Below are positions 24,174-32,000 of a DNA stretch of 32,000 bases, piece by piece; within the stretch, counting starts at the first letter, position 1; every line of letters starts with the position of its first letter. The DNA is taken from NCBI RefSeq assembly GCF_000022265.1, contig NC_011979.1, positions 2,370,001 to 2,402,000 on the forward strand. The letters are read 5' to 3'. The stretch is from Geotalea daltonii FRC-32. Its GTDB lineage: Bacteria > Desulfobacterota > Desulfuromonadia > Geobacterales > Geobacteraceae. The notes under the pieces were generated by a model. That model was not told the DNA's origin and ran no database searches. It was given only the letters and a program-made list of their open reading frames with translations. A program made the translations under genes and the position numbers.

Positions 24174-26219
24174 ATGGCCGCAGATACTAGTATAGACAAA
24201 GCTGCCAAGGATTTTCTTGCAGAAGCAGAAGAAATTATCGACCAGTTAAGCCTTGATCTGGTCTCTCTCAGCGACTGCGCTGACAGTGGCGACTTCAATC
24301 CGGACGTGGTCAATTCCATCTTCCGCGGCGCCCATTCACTTAAAGGGCTTGCCGGCATGTTCGGCTTTACCGACATCGCAGACCTTTCCCACAACATGGA
24401 GAACCTCCTTGACTCCCTTCGACTCGGGAAAATCCCCTTGAACCAGAATACCATCAGCGTTCTTTTCGATTCCATGGAAATCCTGGGTTCGCTGGTGAGA
24501 GGTGCGGGTTCTGCCGATTCAGGGAAAACGGACATATCTCAGACCATATCCCGTATCAATGCCTGTGTCGCTTTGGTGCAGAAAGATGAGGGTGCATCTC
24601 CTCTGACCAGACTGGGACTTTCAGAGCGAGTACTCAGCTCCCTTACCGAATATGAAGAACATCGTCTGCTGGAGAATGTGAAAAAGAACAAGAATATCTT
24701 CTCCATCCAGGCGTCCTTCAGTCTCTCCACATTTGATCAGGATCTGGGAGAACTTACCGAAATCCTCAAGGGTGCCGGAGAAGTGATCAGCACCCTGCCA
24801 AGCGCCGGTGGTGGTCTTGATTCCTCCATAAACTTCGAGATCCTCTTCGGATCGGAAAAGGGTACTGCAGAAATAAGCCTGCTTATCGACCGGGACAATA
24901 TCACCGTAAATCAATTGGGGGGTAAGCAGCCTGCGGTTACAGCAGCAAAAGCAAAAGCAGAAGTAGTAGAAGAAGCTGAAGCCGAAAAAGAGTCATCTGT
25001 CCTGCCTCAGGAAGCTTCTTTGACTGCTAAGAGTATGAGTCGTACCGTCAGGGTGGATATCAGCAAACTTGATGAATTGATGAACATCGTGGGGGAGCTG
25101 GTGCTTTCCCACTCCACGATCAGTCAGATAGCTGACCGCATGCGACTGGAAGGCTATTCGGCCCCCGCCATAAATCTGACCAAGGCTGCCAAGGGATTGG
25201 AGAGAAAACTGACCGAACTGCAGAAGGGTGTCATGGAAATCCGCATGATTCCTGTGGGTCAGCTTTTTGAGAAGATGGCACGCATTGTGCGGAAAATTTC
25301 CCGTGAACAGGGCAAAAAGGTGGAACTGAGGTTGTTCGGCGCCGATACGGAGCTGGATAAACTTATCATAGAAGACATTTCCGACCCGATGATGCACATT
25401 ATCCGCAATGCCATCGACCACGGTATTGAGACCCCAGGTGAACGGGTCAGGGCAGGGAAGGACGAAAAAGGTATCATCAAGCTTTCCTCCTACCAGAAAG
25501 GGAACCATGTCGTTATCGAGGTTGAGGACGATGGTGGCGGGATAGATGTCGATAAAGTAAGGCGTAAGGCTTTCGACAAGGGGTTGATACCGAGCATGGA
25601 GTCGGTCCATGACAGAGAGGCGCTGGATCTGATATTCCTTCCCGGCTTCTCCACAAGTGACGAGGTGAGTGAGATTTCAGGGCGCGGCGTCGGCATGGAT
25701 GTGGTCAGGACCAACATCGCCGCCCTGTCCGGCATGGTGGATGTTGAAAGCGTTCCCGGCAAAGGTAGCAGTATCATCATAACCCTGCCCATCACACTTG
25801 CCATTATCAAGGCACTCATAATCTCTTCCGTCGGCCGAATCTATGCTCTTCCCATTACATCAGTCCTGGAAACCATAATGGTGGAAAGGAAGGATGTGCG
25901 TACTGTGGAAAAGAAGGAAGTTATCCAGTTGCGGGAAACAACCCTGCCCCTGCTTCGTCTGGGCAGGTTCTTCGAAACCCAGTCACAAATCGACCAAGGG
26001 GAAAATTTTTATGTGGTGGTGGTCGGCGCCGCCGAGAAGCGACTGGGTATAGTGGTCGATGATCTGATGGGGCAGCAGGATATAGTCATTAAGTCTATCG
26101 GTGAAACATTTAAAAATTTCAAGGGTATTTCCGGTGCTGCCGACCTTGGGGACCAGCGAACCATCCTGGTACTTGATGTGGGCGGTATAATCAACGAGGC
26201 GGTCAGGAGCGGGGCTTAA
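24174..26219 (+). CDS. cheA: Chemotaxis histidine kinase CheA
   Basis: 681 aa. Hpt is FRGAHSLKGLAGMFGF. The dimerisation region is RTVRVDISKLDELMNIVGELV. N box is HIIRNAIDHGIE, G1 is DDGGGID, G2 is GRGVGMDVV. A CheW-like P5 domain lies at the C-terminus. Confidence 0.93.
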   Translation: MAADTSIDKAAKDFLAEAEEIIDQLSLDLVSLSDCADSGDFNPDVVNSIFRGAHSLKGLAGMFGFTDIADLSHNMENLLDSLRLGKIPLNQNTISVLFDSMEILGSLVRGAGSADSGKTDISQTISRINACVALVQKDEGASPLTRLGLSERVLSSLTEYEEHRLLENVKKNKNIFSIQASFSLSTFDQDLGELTEILKGAGEVISTLPSAGGGLDSSINFEILFGSEKGTAEISLLIDRDNITVNQLGGKQPAVTAAKAKAEVVEEAEAEKESSVLPQEASLTAKSMSRTVRVDISKLDELMNIVGELVLSHSTISQIADRMRLEGYSAPAINLTKAAKGLERKLTELQKGVMEIRMIPVGQLFEKMARIVRKISREQGKKVELRLFGADTELDKLIIEDISDPMMHIIRNAIDHGIETPGERVRAGKDEKGIIKLSSYQKGNHVVIEVEDDGGGIDVDKVRRKAFDKGLIPSMESVHDREALDLIFLPGFSTSDEVSEISGRGVGMDVVRTNIAALSGMVDVESVPGKGSSIIITLPITLAIIKALIISSVGRIYALPITSVLETIMVERKDVRTVEKKEVIQLRETTLPLLRLGRFFETQSQIDQGENFYVVVVGAAEKRLGIVVDDLMGQQDIVIKSIGETFKNFKGISGAADLGDQRTILVLDVGGIINEAVRSGA

Positions 26220-27019
26220 TGTACAAGACATTTTACGGATTCCGTGAAAAGCCTTTCAGCAAAACACCTGATCCACGTTTTCTTTACATGAGTGTTGGTC
26301 ATCGTGAGGCGCTGGCCCGGCTCCAATATGTTCTTGAAGAGCGTGAGATTGCCATTCTGACCGGAGAGATCGGGTGTGGGAAAACCACCATTTCCCGTGC
26401 CCTCATGGACGCAATGGGGGATGTATACCACTTCTGCTTCATTTTTAATCCAAGGTTGGCTGCTATTGAATTTTTGCGGGTCATTGCAGCGAACCTGGGT
26501 GTGGAGAAACCCTCTACGGCCAAAGATTTTCTTCTGGGGGAAATCACCCAGGCACTTTACGATCTCCACGAGAACGGTCGCTGCCTGGTTGTCGTTGTCG
26601 ATGAGGCACAACTGATCCCTGATAGGGAAATTTTCGACGAGATACGGCTTTTGACCAATTTCCAATTGGATGACCAGAATCTTCTCAGCATTATCATCAT
26701 GGGACAGCCGGAGCTCCGCAGGATTGTCTCGGCGCCGCTTTTTGAACCATTTCGGCAGCGGGTTGCCATGACCTACCATCTGCTGCCTTTGACCCTGGAG
26801 GAAACCCAGGAATATCTCGATTTCAGAATGACGGTGGCTGGCGGATGCGCCGGGCTTTTCGCTCCGGATGCGGTACAGCGGATTTATGAGCTGACAGGTG
26901 GCGTACCAAGAAAAATAAATACGTTGGCAACTAACGCCCTTCTTACCGGTTTCGCCAAGGATCTGGCATGGATCGATGCATCTGTCATCGAAGATATAAA
27001 GAATGAAATAATCATCTGA
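26219..27019 (+). CDS. ExeA/GspA/MshM-type AAA ATPase
   Basis: 266 aa. YKTFYGFREKPFSKTPDPRFLYMSVGHREALARLQY is the ExeA-type N-terminus. Walker A is GEIGCGKTT and Walker B is LVVVVDEAQ. The ATG shares one base with the cheA stop (TAATG). Confidence 0.8.
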   Translation: MYKTFYGFREKPFSKTPDPRFLYMSVGHREALARLQYVLEEREIAILTGEIGCGKTTISRALMDAMGDVYHFCFIFNPRLAAIEFLRVIAANLGVEKPSTAKDFLLGEITQALYDLHENGRCLVVVVDEAQLIPDREIFDEIRLLTNFQLDDQNLLSIIIMGQPELRRIVSAPLFEPFRQRVAMTYHLLPLTLEETQEYLDFRMTVAGGCAGLFAPDAVQRIYELTGGVPRKINTLATNALLTGFAKDLAWIDASVIEDIKNEIII

Positions 27020-27034
27020 TCAGCAGGGCCAACT

Positions 27035-27967
27035 ATGAACTTAGCCGATATAAGAAAAAAAGCGCAGCAGGAAAAGGAAGCCCTACAGGCGGCATTGGCC
27101 GAATTGACACATGAAACTGCTGATTCCTTTGATGGGGAAGATGATTATCCTGAAGCATACAATGACCCGCTTTATGATGCCGAAGCATCCTTTGAAGACG
27201 GTGAGTCTTTTGAGACTGACGGGCCTATTGCCGCAGAAGACCAAGTTTCAGGCAAAGGCGACTGGTCTGCTGTAATGGACGCAGGCCCCCTTTCTCCTGA
27301 GGATATCTTTCCTGAGCAGATGGAAGTGGTGCTTGACGCTCGGGGCATTTCGGGTCAGGACATGTCGCCACCTTCGCCACAGGTGCCGAAAACTGTCTCG
27401 GCGCCGGTTGTAGAAGAAAAGACGGCCTCTTCCGGCTTCGATCCCATAAGGGTCATGCTTGAAGGACGTGCCAGCGCCGGCCAGGATGAGGATGCATTTA
27501 TCGGCCCCGCAACAAATCTGGAGATCGATGCCGCAAATTCCCAGGAGTTGCTGTGTTTCAGAGTCGCTTCCGAGGAGTATGCACTGAACATCATGGAAAT
27601 CAAGGAGATCATCAAGCCGCGCGAGGTCACCGAAGTTCCGCGTGTACCAGCTTTCGTCTCGGGGGTGCTTTCCCTGCGGGGAATCATTATCCCCATTTTT
27701 GATATGAACGCCAGGTTGGGCCTTTCCAGAGATGGTTCTACCGGAAAGGAGCGGATAATTGTCGTCAAAAACGGCGATGATGGCTTTTGCGGGATACTTG
27801 TAGATGAGGTCGTTCAGGTCGTACGTATAGAAGACAGGTTGCTGGAGCCTCCACCAACGGTTCTTGACGGGATAGATCGTGATTTCGTCAGCGGTATAGG
27901 TCGTTATCATGGCAGAATGCTGATTTTGCTCAACATGGACAAGATTCTGGATATTACCCTTTACTGA
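27035..27967 (+). CDS. CheW-domain protein with a ~170-aa acidic, low-complexity N-terminal extension
   Basis: 310 aa. The CheW core is LLCFRVASEEYALNIMEIKEIIKPREVTEVPRVPAFVSGVLSLRGIIIPIFDMNARLG. The N-terminus is rich in D/E/P/A. Confidence 0.85.
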   Translation: MNLADIRKKAQQEKEALQAALAELTHETADSFDGEDDYPEAYNDPLYDAEASFEDGESFETDGPIAAEDQVSGKGDWSAVMDAGPLSPEDIFPEQMEVVLDARGISGQDMSPPSPQVPKTVSAPVVEEKTASSGFDPIRVMLEGRASAGQDEDAFIGPATNLEIDAANSQELLCFRVASEEYALNIMEIKEIIKPREVTEVPRVPAFVSGVLSLRGIIIPIFDMNARLGLSRDGSTGKERIIVVKNGDDGFCGILVDEVVQVVRIEDRLLEPPPTVLDGIDRDFVSGIGRYHGRMLILLNMDKILDITLY

Positions 27968-27983
27968 CAGACGGGGGAAGAAC

Positions 27984-28358
27984 ATGCACAGTAAAAAGAT
28001 TCTTATTGTTGAAGACGAAGAGAGTCTGCTGAAATTGGAGAGCATCCTTCTTTCATCCAAAGGCTATTCAGTCGTCGGTGTAATGGACGGTAAAGCAGCT
28101 CTTGAAGAAGTTAAGGCCAATCGCCCGGATCTGGTGGTGCTGGATGTCATGCTCCCGGAAATGGACGGTTTCGAAGTCTGCCGGCATATCAAGGAAAACC
28201 CTGAAACCAGCAGCATCCCAGTCGTCATGCTCACAGCGAAGAAAAGCAATAATGACGTGGAGCGGGGAAAACAGGCAGGAGCTGAAGCATATATAACCAA
28301 ACCCTTCAAGTCGGCAAAAGTCATAGAGGTAATCGAAGGCCTCATCAGCGGCCATTAA
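27984..28358 (+). CDS. Single-domain response regulator (CheY-like)
   Basis: 124 aa. IVEDEES, VVLDVMLP, VMLTAKK and YITKPF are present. Confidence 0.85.
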   Translation: MHSKKILIVEDEESLLKLESILLSSKGYSVVGVMDGKAALEEVKANRPDLVVLDVMLPEMDGFEVCRHIKENPETSSIPVVMLTAKKSNNDVERGKQAGAEAYITKPFKSAKVIEVIEGLISGH

Positions 28359-28403
28359 CGCCTCGTACGACTCAAAACCAACTGGATTGAAGAAGGAACA
28401 GCG

Positions 28404-28886
28404 ATGCACTCCGATAATAGTGATATTCAAGTCGCCTGCTTTACCCTTGATGACAACATTTACGCAGTGGATATCATGCGTATCAGAGAAATCATCAAAC
28501 CTCAGAAGCTGACCAGCCTGCCCAAGGCACCCCCCTATGTGGAAGGAGTCATAAATCTGCGTGGTTCCGTTATTCCGGTCATCGACCTGCGTAAAAGGTT
28601 CGATCTGCCGGTCCGCGAAATCGACAGCGCGGTAAGGCTGCTGATTGTGAGAGTGGCAAAGCAACTACTTGGATTTGTCGTTGATAATGTTACCGAAGTC
28701 ATCACCGTGCCTGCCAGAGATATAAAACCGCCGCCACAGATAGCAGGAGGGATTGGTGCCCAGTACCTCCTTGGAGTCTGCCTGTTCCAGGAGGCACTGA
28801 TCATGCTGTTGAACATCGACACAATATTTACTGACAGAGAGGCTTCCGAACTAGGGCTGATTGGCTCTATGCATGGTGAAGGTTGA
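28404..28886 (+). CDS. cheW: Chemotaxis coupling protein CheW
   Basis: 160 aa. VACFTLDDNIYAVDIMRIREIIKPQKLTSLPKAPPYVEGVINLRGSVIPVIDLRKRF. Confidence 0.9.
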   Translation: MHSDNSDIQVACFTLDDNIYAVDIMRIREIIKPQKLTSLPKAPPYVEGVINLRGSVIPVIDLRKRFDLPVREIDSAVRLLIVRVAKQLLGFVVDNVTEVITVPARDIKPPPQIAGGIGAQYLLGVCLFQEALIMLLNIDTIFTDREASELGLIGSMHGEG

Positions 28887-28912
28887 GATTTACCGGTGAG
28901 GGAAAGGCTGAC

Positions 28913-29884
28913 ATGCTTATCATTTGTCCCAGTTGCAAGACAAAATTCAGTTTCGACGACTCGAAGATAGGCCCACAAGGAATAAAGCTTAGATGCAGCA
29001 AGTGCCGGACGATCTTCAGTGTGACCAGGAAGCTCGAGACTCCAGTGCCTGCTCCAGTTCCTCCAGCGCCACCAGTGGCGGCGACTCCGGCTGCCCGAAA
29101 TATAAAGGTCATCATTGCGAACGAAAGCGCCTCTTTCTGTGGGGCAGTGGCAAAAATTCTGGAACCTGAGCCGTTTACGGTCTTAACCTTCAATGACGGC
29201 AAGGAAGCTTTCGAGGCTGTGCAGCGTGTGCGCCCCGATGTGATATTGCTGGATGTGGCGCTTCCCTCCATGTACGGATTCGAGGTGTGTGAGAGGATCA
29301 GAAAGGATCCTGCTCTTTCTGCAGTGAAAATCATTCTTATTGCCGCTATTTACGATAAAACACGCTATAAACGGTCACCGATTTCCCTGTATGGTGCAGA
29401 TGATTACATCGAGAAGCATCATATACCCGATTCTCTTGTTTCCATGATCTACCGCTATGTGACGGATCAAAAGCCTTTGGAAAAACCTAGAGGAGATGAA
29501 TCCGCCACCGTCAGCGAAAGCATGGTTACGCCGCAGCATTTGGACCAGAAGGAAATAAATGCACAGCTGGATGCACGCAGGCAAATGCAGGCTGCTGAAG
29601 AACAGGAGACTGTGCCACCTGCTGCCGCAATATCTTCAGAAGCCCATGAGAAGGCCAAGCGACTGGCCCGGATAATTGTCTCCGACATCATTCTCTATAA
29701 TCAGACAAAGGTAGAAGAAGGGGTCAAAAACGGCTCCTTTTACTCCTTGTTGGAAGATGACATCCGTGAAGGACGGGCCCTTTATGAGCGTCGGGTCCCT
29801 GAGGAGATCAGGAAAAATACTTCATTCCTTGACACCGCCTTTGAGGAACTGATTGCAAAGAAGAAGCAGGAACTGAAACTGTGA
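28913..29884 (+). CDS. MJ0042-type zinc-ribbon protein fused to a partly degenerate receiver-like domain and a helical C-terminal module
   Basis: MLIICPSCKTKFSFDDSKIGPQGIKLRCSKCRTIFSV is a CxxC...CxxC ribbon, followed by a Pro/Ala linker. The REC-like region is IKVIIANES...VILLDVALP...IILIAAIY...YIEKHH. ATG 28913 follows GAGGGAAAGG. A TTG at 28883 is an alternative start. Confidence 0.7.
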   Translation: MLIICPSCKTKFSFDDSKIGPQGIKLRCSKCRTIFSVTRKLETPVPAPVPPAPPVAATPAARNIKVIIANESASFCGAVAKILEPEPFTVLTFNDGKEAFEAVQRVRPDVILLDVALPSMYGFEVCERIRKDPALSAVKIILIAAIYDKTRYKRSPISLYGADDYIEKHHIPDSLVSMIYRYVTDQKPLEKPRGDESATVSESMVTPQHLDQKEINAQLDARRQMQAAEEQETVPPAAAISSEAHEKAKRLARIIVSDIILYNQTKVEEGVKNGSFYSLLEDDIREGRALYERRVPEEIRKNTSFLDTAFEELIAKKKQELKL

Positions 29885-29903
29885 AGCATGCTTTATCGTC
29901 ACA

Positions 29904-31928
29904 ATGGAGAGCGTAGTGGATAGACTGCAGATTCTGATCGAGGCGCTTTGTTCGGCCGACGAAGAGAAAAGGAGGCTGGCAGTGGTCGGATTGAGGGATT
30001 ATCCCCTCGATCAGACACTGGATAGCCTTTTTCTGGCCCTGGGGGATACCAGCTGGCGGGTCCGCAAAGAGGCTGTTGACATAATTGTGATGGCCGCAGA
30101 AGGAGAAAGCGCCGGCAATCTTCAGGAAGAACTCGTCAACATGCTCAGGTCCCAGGATAATGCCGGGTTACGCAATTCAGCCGTGGAATCACTGGAAAAA
30201 CTGGGGAAAAAGGCTTCCAAGGTCCTGTGTCTTCATATTGCCGACGAAGACCATGATGTGCGTAAATTCATCATCGACATTATGGGCAATATCGGTGATC
30301 CTGCTTTCGTCCCTGCACTGATCAATGCTTTGGACGATCCGGATGCCAATGCCCGTGCTGCCGCTGCCGAAAATCTTGGGAAAATTCAGGATGCGCGCGC
30401 CTTGCCTGAGCTTCTTGAGGCTTTGGCAAAGAGTGATGTGTTGCTCAAATACACGATTCTCGAAGCTGTGGGCAAGATCGGGCAGTCGGTTCCTGTGTCT
30501 GCCATTGCTCCTCTTGCCAACGACAACCTCCTCAAAAAAGCCGTCTATGACTGTCTTGGTGCGATAGGCGATCTCGATGCAATTCCGCTGTTGGTTGAAG
30601 GATTGAAGGACAGGCAGAAAAAGGCCCGCGAAGCTGCCGCAACTGGTCTTGTCGCCCTGAGGAAGCGCCTCTCTTCTTCGTCGGGTGCAGAGATAATGGA
30701 TAATAAACTGGAGCAGCTGAAGGGGACATCCCATGTGGATGATCTGATCGACTCCTTCAATAATGCTGAAAACAGCTTGAAAGAGGCTTTTGCCATTCTT
30801 CTCGGTGTCATCGGCGATGCAAGAGCGGCCAAACCTCTTCTTTTAGGCTGCAATGATGACAGGCTCAGAAGGCTGTGTTTGCAAGCATTGAGAAAGATTG
30901 GGAACGCAGCAGCAGCTTCGCTGCTTGAAGTTTTCCCCTCTGCAGAAGACGATCAGCGTTGTTTCATCGTCTATCTCTGTGGTGAACTCGGCTGCAAGGA
31001 ATCGGTATCGCTTCTGACGGAAGGGATGCTGGACCTGAATCCTCAGCTGCGGCTTGCTTCGGTCAAAGCTGCCGGAAAGACCGGTCTCACTGTTTTTGTT
31101 AATGAGGTGGCCCATCTTCTTGAAGATAACGAAAAGGAAGTCAGAAACGGGGCCATAGAAGCTCTCTACAGGCTAGCCGAAACAGACAGATTCTCAGTGG
31201 CAAGGATTGCCGGCAAGCTGGCTTCTTCGGACCTGGCTGAAAAGAGACGCAATGCGGCCGTGCTCTGCACAGCCCTGGCTGATACGGAGAGGCTTTCGCT
31301 TCTGGTTAAGGATGAGGATGCAACGGTGCGGAAGGCTGCAGTAAGTTCACTGGCCAGCCTTAAATCAGTTGCCAGTGCCGGTCATCTGGTCATGGCTCTG
31401 GTCGATGAGGATCCGGATGTCCGTATCGCTGCAGCTGGAGCTTTGGGGGATGTGGGAAGTGAGGAAGTCGTCGGGCCACTGCTGCTGGCTTTGCAGGATG
31501 ACGACCCCTGGGTTCAGTGTGCGGTGTTGAAAAGCCTGGGCAACCTGAAAAACGAGGCAGCGTTGCCTGCCATAGTCCAGCTGTTCGAACGCGCCGATGG
31601 GCTTGTGCTTATAACTGCACTGGATGCTGTAGCAAAGATCGGAGGGGAGGCGGCAAGGGCACTTGTTGAGAAAGCGCTGGACAATTCCGATGAAGAGGTG
31701 GTTAAGGCTGCAATCGACATATTAACCCAGGAAAACGACGCATGGGTGCATACGCACCGCGATAAACTTTTAAACCACCCCCACTGGGATGTGAGAAGCA
31801 CCTTCATAAAAGCCATGGTTTCACGGTTGGGAGAAAAGTCGTTTCCTTATCTGCGACAGGCTCTTCAAACCGAAACCGATGAATTGGTCAAGGGGCAGAT
31901 CATCGAGTTGATGGATCGGGTTCTTTAA
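29904..31928 (+). CDS. HEAT-repeat (PBS-lyase HEAT-like) protein
   Basis: 674 aa of recurring ~31-aa units. Examples are DEDHDVRKFIIDIMGNIGDPAFVPALINALDD, PDANARAAAAENLGKIQDARALPELLEAL, DEDPDVRIAAAGALGDVGSEEVVGPLLLALQDDD and PWVQCAVLKSLGNLKNEAALPAI. Confidence 0.85.
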   Translation: MESVVDRLQILIEALCSADEEKRRLAVVGLRDYPLDQTLDSLFLALGDTSWRVRKEAVDIIVMAAEGESAGNLQEELVNMLRSQDNAGLRNSAVESLEKLGKKASKVLCLHIADEDHDVRKFIIDIMGNIGDPAFVPALINALDDPDANARAAAAENLGKIQDARALPELLEALAKSDVLLKYTILEAVGKIGQSVPVSAIAPLANDNLLKKAVYDCLGAIGDLDAIPLLVEGLKDRQKKAREAAATGLVALRKRLSSSSGAEIMDNKLEQLKGTSHVDDLIDSFNNAENSLKEAFAILLGVIGDARAAKPLLLGCNDDRLRRLCLQALRKIGNAAAASLLEVFPSAEDDQRCFIVYLCGELGCKESVSLLTEGMLDLNPQLRLASVKAAGKTGLTVFVNEVAHLLEDNEKEVRNGAIEALYRLAETDRFSVARIAGKLASSDLAEKRRNAAVLCTALADTERLSLLVKDEDATVRKAAVSSLASLKSVASAGHLVMALVDEDPDVRIAAAGALGDVGSEEVVGPLLLALQDDDPWVQCAVLKSLGNLKNEAALPAIVQLFERADGLVLITALDAVAKIGGEAARALVEKALDNSDEEVVKAAIDILTQENDAWVHTHRDKLLNHPHWDVRSTFIKAMVSRLGEKSFPYLRQALQTETDELVKGQIIELMDRVL

Positions 31929-32000
31929 TGTTCTACTCAGACCCTGAAGTACAAATGACCGATGAAGAGTTCCGCCTGATACGGGACCTTATCTATACCC
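31928..32000 (+). CDS. cheR: 5' end of a CheR-type MCP methyltransferase (truncated by the window edge)
   Basis: MFYSDPEVQMTDEEFRLIRDLIYT... The 'EFxxxRxLIY' motif is the usual CheR N-terminal helix. The ATG shares one base with the HEAT-protein stop (TAATG). ATG 31955 is an in-frame alternative. Confidence 0.55.
   Translation, partial: MFYSDPEVQMTDEEFRLIRDLIYT

Noticed and set aside
23819-28664. Long minus-strand ORFs inside the che-like operon (23819..24535, 24993..25610, 26216..26779, 27248..28060, 28068..28664)
   Set aside because: All lie antisense to genes with clear Che, REC or AAA motifs, and several cross gene boundaries. Their translations lack motifs.
1-32000. Mobile elements, prophage or defence islands
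   Set aside because: No transposase, integrase, recombinase, toxin-antitoxin pair or long terminal inverted repeats were seen. The lone DUF4143 ATPase is insufficient to call a defence system.

Overview
This window reads as a chromosomal segment of a Geobacter-like deltaproteobacterium (Desulfuromonadales). That assignment is an inference from gene content and order, not a database hit.

Gene content falls into four blocks:
- Bases 1-6372: a surface-polysaccharide cassette. It holds an L-FucNAc-type fnlB'/fnlC-like/wbuB-like/wbuC set, a WecA/WbpL-like initiating transferase with an extra membrane domain, and a Wzi-like outer-membrane protein.
- Bases 6.4-12.7 kb: an AAA+/DUF4143 ATPase followed by yicC-gmk-rpoZ-relA/spoT-ridA.
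- Bases 12.7-22 kb: housekeeping genes. These are rpmB, a ydcF-like gene, metG-PSP1-holB-tmk on the minus strand, and rnc-radical SAM-era-der.
- Bases 22.05-32 kb: a tightly packed chemosensory-like operon. It encodes a DUF4388-REC-GAF-like protein, CheY, CheA, an ExeA/MshM-type AAA ATPase, an extended CheW, a response regulator, CheW, a zinc-ribbon/receiver-like protein, a HEAT-repeat protein and the start of CheR.

I saw no rRNA, tRNA, CRISPR array, transposase or integrase.

Two things are not explained by ordinary annotation:
1. A family of strictly 7-nt-periodic intergenic arrays fills seven consecutive gene gaps between 6379 and 12679 and is absent from the rest of the window. Units are GGTGATT/GGTGAGG/GTGAACA on one side and AACNTNG on the other, with GTGAC/GTCAC and GTGAGG/CCTCAC self-complementary variants.
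2. The che-like operon has non-canonical parts: an ExeA ATPase overlapping the cheA stop, a degenerate receiver fused to an MJ0042 zinc ribbon, and a 674-aa HEAT protein coupled to cheR. Its first gene carries two perfect G9 homopolymer tracts.

All family calls rest on motif recognition by eye. No searches were run.
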